The notes under the pieces: generated by a model
Told to the model about the DNA's origin: nothing
What the model saw: the letters and a program-made list of their open reading frames with translations, nothing else
The model's database searches: none
NCBI GenBank assembly: GCA_022729735.1
Contig: DZAY01000011.1
Coordinates: 5,066 to 69,065 of the forward strand
Source: Helicobacter cetorum
GTDB lineage: Bacteria > Campylobacterota > Campylobacteria > Campylobacterales > DZAY01
Direction: 5' to 3'
DNA length: 64,000 bases
Shown: piece after piece, positions 51,170-61,832 of the stretch
Layout of the letters: each line of letters starts with the position of its first letter
Position numbering within the stretch: the first letter of the stretch is position 1
Translations under genes and position numbers: made by a program

Positions 51170-52084
51170 ATGACAACAAACATAAAACAGTCTGATTTAG
51201 ATAATTTACACAGTAAATTGTTTATAGGAGATTTTCCACCTGATGTAATAGTTGAAACAACTACAGCTTGTAACTATAAATGCACAATGTGCCACAACAA
51301 TAGTATGACACGAAAAAGTCAAAATGTAAAACCTGAAGTTTGGGATAAAGTTATAGATGAATTATCTATTAAAAAGCCTAATACAAAATTTTGGCTAACC
51401 TTTTATGGTGAAGCTTTAATTTTATTTGATAAAGTTTTATATGGATTGCAAAAAGCTACAGATAGTGGTGTTAAAAATACATATTTAAATACAAATGGTA
51501 GTTTGATGACAAATGAAAAATTTGAAAAATTATATAATGCAGGGTTAAAACATTTAGTCTATTCTGTTGATGGATATTCAAAAGATGTTTATGAAAAGAT
51601 TAGGATAGGTGGAAATAGAGATAAAGTTTATCAAAATATTATAAATACAATTGAATTAAATAAAAAACTTGGTGAGAATATTAATATTGAAGTACAAATG
51701 ATAGAATTAAACGAAAACAGCTTCGAAAAAGAAGTTTTTATTGATTTTTGGAAAAAACAAGGTGTAATTGTAAAAGTTAAAAAATTTTTAAATTGGACAG
51801 AAACAAACAAAAGCTTTTCTGAATATATAAATAATTTTCAAAGAATTGGTTGTCCTTGGGCATTTCAAACATTTGTTGTATTGGCAAATGGAGATGTACC
51901 TACTTGTGGTTGTGATTATGATGCAAAGTTTATTTATGGAAATATATTTGAAGAATCTATAGAATCTTTGTGGAACAAAAGAAAAGAACATTTAAATGCA
52001 CATCTTGATAAAGAATTTAATAAATTACCAAATGTATGTCAAAATTGTACTGACTGGTTTATAGCAGCTTCTGACAAAATCTAA
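51170..52084 (+). CDS. Radical SAM protein with SPASM/twitch-like Cys-rich C-terminus
   Basis: CNYKCTMC (CxxxCxxC), plus C-terminal cysteines CPW...CGCDYD...CQNC. Confidence 0.85.
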   Translation: MTTNIKQSDLDNLHSKLFIGDFPPDVIVETTTACNYKCTMCHNNSMTRKSQNVKPEVWDKVIDELSIKKPNTKFWLTFYGEALILFDKVLYGLQKATDSGVKNTYLNTNGSLMTNEKFEKLYNAGLKHLVYSVDGYSKDVYEKIRIGGNRDKVYQNIINTIELNKKLGENINIEVQMIELNENSFEKEVFIDFWKKQGVIVKVKKFLNWTETNKSFSEYINNFQRIGCPWAFQTFVVLANGDVPTCGCDYDAKFIYGNIFEESIESLWNKRKEHLNAHLDKEFNKLPNVCQNCTDWFIAASDKI

Positions 52085-52087
52085 AAT

Positions 52088-52891
52088 ATGAAAAAGATTG
52101 ATGTAATTTGTTTATGTTTGAAAGGTTTTGGTAATATTTTATTAGAAACTTTATTGAAATATGAAAATGTAAATATTGTTCAGTGTTATACAAGAAAAGA
52201 AAAATATAAATTTGTTTATTATGAGTGCGAAGACATAGAAACAATTTGTCAAAATCATAATATAGAACTTATTTATATTGATGAAAAAAGTAATTGGGAT
52301 ATTATGAAAAATGCTAATTTAATAATATCTTCATCTTTTCATAGAATATTAAAAGATAAACATTTAAGGATGGGTGATTTTAGTATCAATATTCATCCAT
52401 CACTTTTGCCTTCTTATAAAGGTTCTCTTCCAACAAACTGTTCAATATTAAATTATGAAAAAATAGTTGGAATAACTGCCCATTTTATTACTTCAGATAT
52501 AGATAGTGGTGATATTATATATCAAGAGAAAATGCTAAATCCATTTCTGACTGATAAAGAACTAAGAAAAGCTTTATCATTTTTATCTATTAATGCTATT
52601 AATTATATTATTAAAGAATTTCCAAACTATTATAAAATAACGACAAATATTATTGATTCTCATTGCTTAATTAATAGAGAATTAGATTCTATAATTGATT
52701 TATCAAATTTAAAAAACATAGAAGAGTTAATTTTTCATATTAAAGCTTATACAAATTATCCTATGCCGAAACTAAAATCATCTGATAACTCTATTTTTAT
52801 AATAGATTATGAGAATCCTAAAGAAATTTTTAAAATTAATATCAATAATGAAGAAATTAGCTTATTAGGATATTACGAATGCAAATTATAG
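52088..52891 (+). CDS. Formyltransferase-fold protein (putative sugar N-formyltransferase)
   Basis: INIHPSLLPSYKG and HFITSDIDSGDII match the Fmt/PurN/ArnA-type catalytic His and Asp motifs. There is also a small C-terminal domain. Confidence 0.7.
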   Translation: MKKIDVICLCLKGFGNILLETLLKYENVNIVQCYTRKEKYKFVYYECEDIETICQNHNIELIYIDEKSNWDIMKNANLIISSSFHRILKDKHLRMGDFSINIHPSLLPSYKGSLPTNCSILNYEKIVGITAHFITSDIDSGDIIYQEKMLNPFLTDKELRKALSFLSINAINYIIKEFPNYYKITTNIIDSHCLINRELDSIIDLSNLKNIEELIFHIKAYTNYPMPKLKSSDNSIFIIDYENPKEIFKININNEEISLLGYYECKL

Positions 52892-54078
52892 AAGAAATTA
52901 ATAAACTATTACCAAAATATATAGATTTGCTGTCAGAATTAATCAAATATCAATCCATTCAATATAATGAAGCAAATATACAATTTTTTATCAAATCTTT
53001 TTTAGAAAAAACATTAAAACAAAATGCTGAAATTTATTATTCAAGAGAAGACTTGCAATCTATAAATTTAGTCTCTGTTTTAAAAGGTAATAATCCAAAA
53101 AAGTATAAATCTTTGATATTAAACGCTCATAGTGATATAACTCCTGTCGATGGTGAAATATTGTGGAAATATCCACCATTTAGTGCATATATTCATAATA
53201 ATTTGATATATGGTAGAGGTTCAAAAGATGATAAAGCAGGTATTGCTATAATATTGCTAGTAATTAATGTAATTAAAAATCTTAATTTAAATATTGGTGG
53301 TGATATAATAATTCAATTTCCAATAGAAGATGAAACATCTGGAAATGGAACAAAAACACTAATTTATAATGGATATTGTGCAGATGGTGCAATCATTGTA
53401 GATGGAACTTGGAATAATAGAATAATATATTCTCATATAGGGCAGATATATTTAGATATATTTATTAATAATAATCATGTGTTTCCAGCATGTAATTGTG
53501 ATAGGGCAGATGATATTATATATTTAGCTTTTGAATTTATAAAAAATGTAAAAGCTTATGTTAATGCTTTAAATGAAAAATATGAGTTATTTGAGCAAAA
53601 AATAAAACCTTTTTTTGTAAATATTGGTTCATTTCATTCAGGTAAATGGCATGGAGCAACACCTTTTGATATAAAAATTGAAATGCAAATAGGTTTCTCT
53701 CATATAGATAGTTCAATTATATTTAATGAAATTAATAAAATGGCATTAAATATTTCTAAGAAAATTTATGTTAAAAAATCAACTATGGAAACAAATCAAT
53801 TTATTGGAGATAAGAATAGTGACTTTATTAAACTATTACAAAATACAATTACAAAGAATTCTAATGAAATAGTAAATGTTGTTCCAGCACAAGGATATAG
53901 TGATATGAGGCATTTTAAAACAAAAAATGTATGTATGTATGGGCCGGGCAAAGGTGCTAATAATCATGCCATTGATGAATATTATGATTTAAATGATATG
54001 CCAATCGTAGCACAAAACATTATAGAATTTTGTATGAATTGGTGTAATCTAAAAAAGGATGTTAATAATGAAAAATAA
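52879..54078 (+). CDS. M20 family metallohydrolase (ArgE/DapE-like deacylase)
   Basis: AHSD, GRGSKDDKAG, IEDETSGNG and a C-terminal NHAIDEY match the M20 metal and catalytic motifs. Confidence 0.75.
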   Translation: MQIIEEINKLLPKYIDLLSELIKYQSIQYNEANIQFFIKSFLEKTLKQNAEIYYSREDLQSINLVSVLKGNNPKKYKSLILNAHSDITPVDGEILWKYPPFSAYIHNNLIYGRGSKDDKAGIAIILLVINVIKNLNLNIGGDIIIQFPIEDETSGNGTKTLIYNGYCADGAIIVDGTWNNRIIYSHIGQIYLDIFINNNHVFPACNCDRADDIIYLAFEFIKNVKAYVNALNEKYELFEQKIKPFFVNIGSFHSGKWHGATPFDIKIEMQIGFSHIDSSIIFNEINKMALNISKKIYVKKSTMETNQFIGDKNSDFIKLLQNTITKNSNEIVNVVPAQGYSDMRHFKTKNVCMYGPGKGANNHAIDEYYDLNDMPIVAQNIIEFCMNWCNLKKDVNNEK

Positions 54079-55015
54079 TTTACTATATTCTGTTGTTATT
54101 CCTGTATATAATAGTGGTAATATAGTTTCAACAACTATTGAAGAGGTTATAAATTTTTTTATAAAAGAAAAATTAAAATTTGAAATTATACTTGTAAATG
54201 ATGGAAGTAAAGATAATAGCTGGGAAGTCATATCTAAAATTTCAAATACTAATTCCAATATTATTGCTATTAACTTATTAAAAAACTATGGTCAGCATAA
54301 TGCGATATTTTGTGGATTAAAATACACTAATGGTGATTATATAATTACAATGGATGACGATATGCAGAATCCACCTTCTGAAATAAATCATTTAATAAAT
54401 AAAGCATTAGAAGGTTATGATTTGGTTTTTGGACAATATGAACAAAAACAGCACAGCATATTTAAAAAACTGACATCGAAATTGTATAATTATGTAGTTA
54501 AAAAAATATTTGATGTTCCAGATGGTATTACAATATCAAATTTTAAAATTTTTCATAAAAGTGTAGTAAATCGAATTACATCTTACAAAACATTATATCC
54601 ATATATATCTGGTTTGGGATTAATGTATGCTTCTAATATTTGTATGGTTAATGTAATTCATAACAAAAGAGAAGTTGGTTCATCAACATATACTTTATTT
54701 AAAATGTTAAAAATGATGGCAACAGTTACATTTAATTATTCTACATATCCATTAAAATTTCTAGGTTTTTTAGGTTTTTTTATATCTTTATTAAGTTTTT
54801 CAATAGGTCTTTTTTATATGATAAGAAATATAATTTATAATGATGGTTTAGTTGGTTGGACATCTTTGGTAGTATTAATATCATTTTTAGGTGGATATAT
54901 GATTATGATGATAGGAATAATAGGTGATTATATAGGTAGAATTTTATTACAACAATCAACTGGTAGTACATATGAAATTAAAGAGACATTAGGATGTAAA
55001 AATGAAAGAGTGTGA
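54059..55015 (+). CDS. Polyprenyl-phosphate glycosyltransferase (GT2, ArnC/GtrB/DPM1 type)
   Basis: VVIPVYN, VNDGSKDNS and MDDDMQNPPSEI, plus two C-terminal TM helices; 318 aa. Confidence 0.85.
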   Translation: MLIMKNNLLYSVVIPVYNSGNIVSTTIEEVINFFIKEKLKFEIILVNDGSKDNSWEVISKISNTNSNIIAINLLKNYGQHNAIFCGLKYTNGDYIITMDDDMQNPPSEINHLINKALEGYDLVFGQYEQKQHSIFKKLTSKLYNYVVKKIFDVPDGITISNFKIFHKSVVNRITSYKTLYPYISGLGLMYASNICMVNVIHNKREVGSSTYTLFKMLKMMATVTFNYSTYPLKFLGFLGFFISLLSFSIGLFYMIRNIIYNDGLVGWTSLVVLISFLGGYMIMMIGIIGDYIGRILLQQSTGSTYEIKETLGCKNERV

Positions 55016-55730
55016 TGAATTAAAAGTTTTAAATAGGTTTAGCAATTATTATAAACAATATGGTTTTTCTCAATCTGGAGTTGGTTGGGAAAAAGGAAGA
55101 CAAAATTTAAGATTTGAACTTCTTACTTCTGAATGGGGAGAAGACGAAAATATGCAACATTCAACTTTTCTTGATTTAGGTTGTGGTTTTGGGCATATGT
55201 ATCCATTCTTAATAAAGAAATATAAAAATATTTTAAGATATAAAGGGATAGATTTAAATAGTGATTTAATTAATCAAGCAAAAGAAATGTTTCATAATGA
55301 AAAAAACATATTTTTTGAAGCTAAAAATATGCTACATATAGATTTAAATGAAAAATTCGATTATGTATTAAGCTCAGGTGCTTTTAATGTTAAATTTTCT
55401 GAAAACGAATCAAATGAAAAATTTATTTTTAAAATGTTGGAAAAATCATTTTTTATTTCTAATATTGCTGTTGCTTTTAATTTTTTATCTGATAAAGTTG
55501 ATTATAAACAGGAACATGCTTTTTATGCTTCTCCAGAAAGAGTTTTAAACTTTTGTTACTCTTTAACAAGAAATTTAATACTAAAAAATACTATTTTTCC
55601 ATTTGAATTTACAATTATACTTTATAAAGACCAATCCTTTGAAACAAATGATAGTATATTCAATGAATATAAAAAAGGATTATCAGAAAGTAATTATAAT
55701 TATTTAGTTAAAGGAGAAATTATTATTTGA
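55002..55730 (+). CDS. Class I SAM-dependent methyltransferase
   Basis: Motif I is FLDLGCGFGHM, within a Rossmann-like layout. Confidence 0.7.
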   Translation: MKECDELKVLNRFSNYYKQYGFSQSGVGWEKGRQNLRFELLTSEWGEDENMQHSTFLDLGCGFGHMYPFLIKKYKNILRYKGIDLNSDLINQAKEMFHNEKNIFFEAKNMLHIDLNEKFDYVLSSGAFNVKFSENESNEKFIFKMLEKSFFISNIAVAFNFLSDKVDYKQEHAFYASPERVLNFCYSLTRNLILKNTIFPFEFTIILYKDQSFETNDSIFNEYKKGLSESNYNYLVKGEIII

Positions 55731-57382
55731 ATAAAATAAGAGTAAGTATAAAATATATTAATTTTGCTTTTTTATTTTTTATTTTTTTATTTTTTATAAT
55801 AAATTTAAATTTTTCATTGCCAATAGAAGCTATTCCAGATGAAGTTGCTCAATTAAAAAATATTTATGCAATGATAAATTCAAAAAGTCTATTTTTGACA
55901 TATCAATCATCATATTCTGTATGGACTCACTATACATATATAATACCCACACTTATTTATTGGATATTTTTTTATATATTTTCTGATTTATTATCTATTA
56001 ATGAATTAAAATTTTATATTCTTAATAACTATCAAGATGTATTGCCGTTTTTAAGACTATATACAGCTATGGTATTTTTAATCGGACTTTATTTAATAAA
56101 AATTGTAATAGATAATTTATTAAATAAAATACAAGCTTTGCTATTTTTAATTTTTATAGGTTTTAATCTATTAATTGTGATTAATGTGCATTATGCAAAA
56201 CATTGGATGATGGATTATGGGCTAATATTTATAGCTTTATATTTATATTATATATATAGTATTAACAATAATAATAAGGTTATATTACTATTTAGTTTTA
56301 TAACTTTTGCTATTGCTTCATTTTCAACTCAACTTTTTATTATATATTCATTTTATTTTTTATTAATTGATATTCTTTTAAAGAAAGAGTCAAAAAAAAT
56401 AATATTTAATATCTTAATATTTATATCTATTTTAATAATTTTCTTTTTTATTACAAGATACTTGGGTGCTGGTGGTGTTTTTGAAGGAAAAGAAAATAAG
56501 TTATCTGAACTCTTATTTTCCAATAACTATTTTATAGATATAGTATATATATTTTATGACTATAATACAATAGTTTTTATTTTATTTATTATGTCATTAG
56601 TTTTTTTAGCTATTAAAAATAGATATTTTACTATCTTAATATCATTAATACCATTTTTATTAATGTTAGTTATTGTATCTGTTTTTTCACATTTTGAAAC
56701 TCGTTATGCAATACCATTTATGATAGAATCATCATTTATAGCTACATTTTTTGCTTACTATTTATATCAATATTATAAAAAAATATTTTATGTTTTTATA
56801 ATATTATATATATTTGCTAATTCTTACTTAATAATAAATTGGTTAAATATCATATCAAATAAAGATACAAGAGTTCTGACAAGAGAGTGGATATTAGAAC
56901 AAGACATGACAAATAACTTTTATATTTATAATACTTTGGGATTTAACTATGTAGCTCTTACAAAACATTCGATAGATTTTATTAAGTCAAACTTCCCAAA
57001 AGCGATAGGCACAAGAGAAGAGATGCACATTAATTATAATTTAAATGATGGAAAAGATGGTCTTATTTTATGGAAATTCGACCAAGCTGGATATAATATT
57101 GTTGAGCTAATTAATAAATTAAAAGAAAATGGATATAAAATAATCTTTATAAATGAAAGGCATGGCAAAATAGCACTTCATTATCAACCATCACCAAATA
57201 GTTATGAAACATTTGTAAAGAGTTTTAATCCAACTATGATAAAAGAGTTTTTGCCATACAAAAAAGAGCCAAAAGATAGAGAGTTGATAGGAGATGTTTT
57301 ATATAACTTCAACTATGTTTGGCAAACTTTGAATATTTTAGAGAGAAGTGGTCCAGTTATAAATATTTATGAAGTTAAATAG
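55727..57382 (+). CDS. Polytopic membrane protein, probable GT-C (ArnT/PMT-like) glycosyltransferase
   Basis: About 11-13 hydrophobic segments, an acidic PDE motif in the first extracytoplasmic loop ([10 protein letters not shown]), and a ~170-aa soluble C-terminal domain. It lies directly downstream of the ArnC-type GT2. Confidence 0.55.
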   Translation: MNKIRVSIKYINFAFLFFIFLFFIINLNFSLPIEAIPDEVAQLKNIYAMINSKSLFLTYQSSYSVWTHYTYIIPTLIYWIFFYIFSDLLSINELKFYILNNYQDVLPFLRLYTAMVFLIGLYLIKIVIDNLLNKIQALLFLIFIGFNLLIVINVHYAKHWMMDYGLIFIALYLYYIYSINNNNKVILLFSFITFAIASFSTQLFIIYSFYFLLIDILLKKESKKIIFNILIFISILIIFFFITRYLGAGGVFEGKENKLSELLFSNNYFIDIVYIFYDYNTIVFILFIMSLVFLAIKNRYFTILISLIPFLLMLVIVSVFSHFETRYAIPFMIESSFIATFFAYYLYQYYKKIFYVFIILYIFANSYLIINWLNIISNKDTRVLTREWILEQDMTNNFYIYNTLGFNYVALTKHSIDFIKSNFPKAIGTREEMHINYNLNDGKDGLILWKFDQAGYNIVELINKLKENGYKIIFINERHGKIALHYQPSPNSYETFVKSFNPTMIKEFLPYKKEPKDRELIGDVLYNFNYVWQTLNILERSGPVINIYEVK

Positions 57383-57965
57383 TCTTCAACAGATGTTTCG
57401 CTAACTCTAAAGCTTTACTTCTGTGAGATATTTGTAACTTTATATTTTTATCTAACTCACCTAATGTTTGTTCAAATCCTTCTGCAATAAACATTGGGTC
57501 ATATCCAAAGCCACCATTTCCAATAGCCTCGTCAATAACTTTTCCATACATAAAACCGTGAGTCGTAAATACTCCTTTTTTAGTGGCAATTGCAATTGAG
57601 CTTACATAGTGAGCTTTTGACTCTTTTATATTCAGTGCTTTAAGACTATTTATCAATTTTTCTAAATTATCTTTATCACTTGCTCCTTCTCCTGCATATC
57701 TTGCACTATAAATATTTGGTTCTCCTCCAAGTGCATCTACACAAATTCCACTATCATCAGCTAATACAACTAACTCTTTATCTTCCAATTTATCAAATAT
57801 AGCTTTGGCTTTTATGATAGCATTTGCCTTAAAACTATCACCATCTTCAATAATTTCAAAGCTATCCATAATATCGGTATATGGAATAATCTCAAAATCG
57901 GTTAAAAACTCTCTTATTTCTCTAACTTTACCACTATTACCAGTTGCTAAAACTATTTTTATCAT
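57375..57965 (-). CDS. rdgB: Non-canonical purine NTP pyrophosphatase (RdgB/HAM1)
   Basis: [23 protein letters not shown] and SHRSKA motifs. Confidence 0.85.
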   Translation of the reverse strand: MIKIVLATGNSGKVREIREFLTDFEIIPYTDIMDSFEIIEDGDSFKANAIIKAKAIFDKLEDKELVVLADDSGICVDALGGEPNIYSARYAGEGASDKDNLEKLINSLKALNIKESKAHYVSSIAIATKKGVFTTHGFMYGKVIDEAIGNGGFGYDPMFIAEGFEQTLGELDKNIKLQISHRSKALELAKHLLKTI

Positions 57966-58020
57966 TTAATTATCTTTAGAAATATTTTAATTTAAAACCG
58001 TCATGTTATAAAAAAAAATC

Positions 58021-58758
58021 TTAATCTTTCATTGAGTTTAAGAAAGATTTATAAATTTCATCTAACTCTTTATCTTGAGTTTCAAGCTCTTTTATATCAA
58101 TCTTATTTATCAAAACATGTTCTAAAAGTGCTACTCTTTTGATTAAGTATTCAAAAATTTCTTTATCAATATCTGGCAGTTTATTGTGATTTAGTGGGGT
58201 TGTGCATCTACCTTTATTTATAACTCTTGCAGGAACTCCAACAGCAGTTGAATTTGGTGGAACAGCTTTTACAACAACAGAGTTTGCTCCGATTTTAGAG
58301 TTTTCACCTATTACAATATTTCCCAATATCTTAGCTCCAGCACCAATTACAACACCACTTTGAATAGTTGGATGTCGTTTCTCTTTTGTGAGACTTACTC
58401 CACCCAAAGTTACACCTTGATAAATTGTAACATCATCATAAATTTCAGCAGTTTCACCAATTACAACACCAAATCCATGGTCAATAAAAACTCTTCTACC
58501 AATAAAACATGCTGGATGAATATCGATATTTGTGAAAAATTGTGATAATCCCATAATAAATCTTGCTAATACTCTAAAACCTTTTTTGTAGAGCCAATTT
58601 CCAATTCTATAATTCACAACTGCCCAAACTCCTGGGTAATTGAAAAATAGCTCTAACTTTGATTTGATTGCAGGGTCTTTTTTATAAACCTCTGCAAAAT
58701 CTTCGTAAATTATCTTATAAAGAGGAATTGCCTCTTTTTCATTCATCTCGTTTTCCAT
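58021..58758 (-). CDS. cysE: Serine O-acetyltransferase
   Basis: [27 protein letters not shown] and hexapeptide repeats. Confidence 0.85.
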   Translation of the reverse strand: MENEMNEKEAIPLYKIIYEDFAEVYKKDPAIKSKLELFFNYPGVWAVVNYRIGNWLYKKGFRVLARFIMGLSQFFTNIDIHPACFIGRRVFIDHGFGVVIGETAEIYDDVTIYQGVTLGGVSLTKEKRHPTIQSGVVIGAGAKILGNIVIGENSKIGANSVVVKAVPPNSTAVGVPARVINKGRCTTPLNHNKLPDIDKEIFEYLIKRVALLEHVLINKIDIKELETQDKELDEIYKSFLNSMKD

Positions 58759-60586
58759 TTATTATCGTCCTTAAATATCCATTTTCACTCAAAAATAGAT
58801 ATAGTTTGCCTAAAATATCTTTCTTTTTATCATCTGGAACTAAGTTACTCTCTTCAATTCTTTGCTTAATTCGTCGCTCAATATCTTTTGTATCATAATC
58901 TAAATCATCTAAAATATCAGAAATTGATTGTGATTCTGAAATATTTACAAGCTCTGCATCATCTCCATCAAACTCAACTGTAACTTCTGTTGGATGAGTA
59001 AATAAATTATGTCTCATTCCTAAAACTTCTTGATAAGCTCCAACTAAGAAAAAGCCCAAAAAGTAATCCTCATTTTTCACATCTACATCGTGCAAAAATA
59101 GTGGATTTGCTACATTAAATCCAATTTCACCATCACTATCACAAGTTATATCCCAAATACTTGCTGACCTTGTTGGTTGCTCATTTAGTCTATCAAGTGG
59201 CATAACTGGGAAAGTTTGTCCTAATCCCCAATAATCTGGAAGACTTTGGAATACTGAAAAGTTTAGTAAATATCGCTCTTGCACACTCTCTTGAATTGCT
59301 ATCAACTCTTTGTTTGTTCTGTGTTTCAAAAGTGATATAACTTTTTTGATAATCAAATGCACCAAAATTTCAGTATTACTTCTGTCTTGCAAATCTACAT
59401 AACCCAAATCAAAAAGAGTTAGTAAACTTTCCATATGGTCTAATCCATCATGAAGATACTCATAAGCATTTTTTTCTGTAATTGTATTATACAAATCCAA
59501 TAGCTCTTCAACTAAAGGTGGATTTTTATCTTTTAGTTTTAAACCTTTCAACTCATACTCTTGTGAAAATAGCTCTAAAACAGGAGCAACTAATACAGCA
59601 TGAGAAGCTGAAATAAATCTTCCAGATTCTGTAAAAATATCAGGTTCTTTTACACCTTTTCTTGCTGCAATATCTTTTAAAAGAAACACAACATCGTTTG
59701 TAAATTCTTCTAAATTATAGTTTCGATAAAGGTTACTTTCATGTTGAGCATATTCAACAGCTAATCCTCCACCTAAATTTATAGCATGCAAATTATAAGC
59801 CCCAAGTTTTACAATTTCAGCATAAATATTTCCAGCTTCTCGCAAAGCTTTTTTAAGTGGTGCAATATCACTAATTTGTGAGCCAATGTGAAAATGTATC
59901 ATAGTAAATTTATCAAGCAAATTTTCAGTTTCAAGCATTGTAACAGCTTCTAAAAGTTCAGTTGAAGTTAAACCAAATTTAGAGTTTATTCCACCACTTT
60001 TTGCCCAAATACCAATACCAGAGCTATGAAGTCTAATTCTTAATCCAACATTTGGAATTGGCTCTTTTAACTCTTTTGCCACATCCAAAATTGTTTCCAA
60101 CTCATTTAAACCTTCAATTGTAATAGTTATATCATGTCCCATTCTTTTAGCAATGAAACCAAGCATAATCATTTCTCTATCTTTAAACCCATTTACAGTA
60201 ATTGGTGCTCCAATTTTATTATAAGCCATAGCTATAATTAACTCTGCCTTACTACCAGCTTCTAAACCATAATTATAATCTTTTGCTATTTCTGTTAAAG
60301 GCAATACAAAGTTTGGAAATTGATTGACTTTTAGAGGAAATACAGCATTAAAATTGCCTTTATAATCAAACTCTTTTATCGCTCTATTAAAATGTGAATA
60401 TGTCAAATCTATCTGTTTTTTTATTAAATGTGGAAACCTAAGTAACAGAGGACCTCTATAGCCTTTATCTCTTACACTTCTAACAATATCCACAAGTGCA
60501 GGTCTGTTTCCGTAATTTATCTTAACTTTACCATTTTCTATTATAAAGTTATCGTTTCCCCAATATCTAATGCCATAATTCTCCAT
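58739..60586 (-). CDS. speA: Biosynthetic arginine decarboxylase
   Basis: 615 aa; PLP-dependent Orn/Arg decarboxylase fold with FPLKVN and GGGLAVEY motifs. Confidence 0.9.
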   Translation of the reverse strand: MENYGIRYWGNDNFIIENGKVKINYGNRPALVDIVRSVRDKGYRGPLLLRFPHLIKKQIDLTYSHFNRAIKEFDYKGNFNAVFPLKVNQFPNFVLPLTEIAKDYNYGLEAGSKAELIIAMAYNKIGAPITVNGFKDREMIMLGFIAKRMGHDITITIEGLNELETILDVAKELKEPIPNVGLRIRLHSSGIGIWAKSGGINSKFGLTSTELLEAVTMLETENLLDKFTMIHFHIGSQISDIAPLKKALREAGNIYAEIVKLGAYNLHAINLGGGLAVEYAQHESNLYRNYNLEEFTNDVVFLLKDIAARKGVKEPDIFTESGRFISASHAVLVAPVLELFSQEYELKGLKLKDKNPPLVEELLDLYNTITEKNAYEYLHDGLDHMESLLTLFDLGYVDLQDRSNTEILVHLIIKKVISLLKHRTNKELIAIQESVQERYLLNFSVFQSLPDYWGLGQTFPVMPLDRLNEQPTRSASIWDITCDSDGEIGFNVANPLFLHDVDVKNEDYFLGFFLVGAYQEVLGMRHNLFTHPTEVTVEFDGDDAELVNISESQSISDILDDLDYDTKDIERRIKQRIEESNLVPDDKKKDILGKLYLFLSENGYLRTIINGKRDE

Positions 60587-60595
60587 ACAATTCCT

Positions 60596-61819
60596 TTAAA
60601 AAGTAGTTAAAAAGCTATTTATATCCAAACTTAATTCCTCTTTGGATACTAAATTTTTAACCCAAATTTTACCCTCTTTAAGCTCATTTTCACCTATAAA
60701 TGCACAATATTTTGCACCTATTTTATCACCATTTTTTAAAATTGTTTTTAGAGACTTTGGAGAGTAATCTACATTTACTTCTCGTTTAATTCTTATTTTT
60801 GAAGCTAAATTAAAAGCTAATCTTACTCCATCTTCATTCATAGCCCCAATAAATAGGCTATTCGGCTCATTTTGTGGTAATTCTATAAGCTCCAAAATTC
60901 GCTCAATTCCAATTGCAAATCCAATTGCAGGAGTAGCCCTTCCATCTAAAAACTCAATTAATCTATCATATCTACCACCACCAGCAATTGCATTTTGAGC
61001 ACCTAAACCACTACTTACAAACTCAAAAGCAGTTTTGGTATAATAATCAAGTCCTCTAACTAAATTGCTATCAACTTCAAAATCAATGCCGTTTTCACTT
61101 AAAATTGATTTTAGTTTTTCAAAATCGCTATCACAATTTTCACATAAATTTGTAGTAATTGTTGGAGAATTTTTTAACTTCTCTTTGCAACTTTCTATTT
61201 TGCAATCAAGCACTCTAATTGGATTTGTCTTTATTCGATTTTGACAATCAAAACATAAGCCATCTTCAATATCACCCAAATGTTTAACTAACTCTTCTCT
61301 AAATTCTGGCATACACTCTTTGCAACCAAGTGAATTAAGTTTTAATTTATATTTGATACTGAAAAACTCTAAAATATCTCTAATTAATAAAATTATATTT
61401 GCATCTTCATAAACTAAACTATGCCCAAAACTCTCACATCCAAATTGATGAAAACTTCTAAATCTACCTTTTTGTGGTCGCTCATATCTAAACATAGAAC
61501 CATAATAAAAAAATCGATAAACTCCACCAGCTTTATCAAACTTATTCTCAATAAAACTTCTAACAACTCCAGCAGTTCCTTCAGGTCTAAGACAAACATT
61601 ATTAGAACCTTTATCGATAAACTGATACATCTCTTTATTTACAATATCACTACTCTCACCAACACTTCGCTTAAATAGTGCAGTCTCTTCTAAAATAGGA
61701 GTTTCAATATAACTAAAACCGTAATTTTTTGCTATTTTTGTAGCATTTTCTATAAAATATAGATACTTTTTTGCTACATCTCCAAAAATATCATTCATCC
61801 CTTTTAAACCATTAATCAT
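60596..61819 (-). CDS. hisS: Histidine--tRNA ligase
   Basis: Class II motifs RPEGTAGVVR, FRYERPQKGR and GGGRYD. Confidence 0.95.
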   Translation of the reverse strand: MINGLKGMNDIFGDVAKKYLYFIENATKIAKNYGFSYIETPILEETALFKRSVGESSDIVNKEMYQFIDKGSNNVCLRPEGTAGVVRSFIENKFDKAGGVYRFFYYGSMFRYERPQKGRFRSFHQFGCESFGHSLVYEDANIILLIRDILEFFSIKYKLKLNSLGCKECMPEFREELVKHLGDIEDGLCFDCQNRIKTNPIRVLDCKIESCKEKLKNSPTITTNLCENCDSDFEKLKSILSENGIDFEVDSNLVRGLDYYTKTAFEFVSSGLGAQNAIAGGGRYDRLIEFLDGRATPAIGFAIGIERILELIELPQNEPNSLFIGAMNEDGVRLAFNLASKIRIKREVNVDYSPKSLKTILKNGDKIGAKYCAFIGENELKEGKIWVKNLVSKEELSLDINSFLTTF

Positions 61820-61832
61820 TGACTTTCCTTTT

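Noticed and set aside
56392-56399. A8 homopolymer inside the GT-C-like gene as a phase-variation tract
   Set aside because: Short A/T runs are ubiquitous in this very AT-rich sequence. Known Campylobacterota contingency loci use longer G/C tracts, and I saw none in the window.
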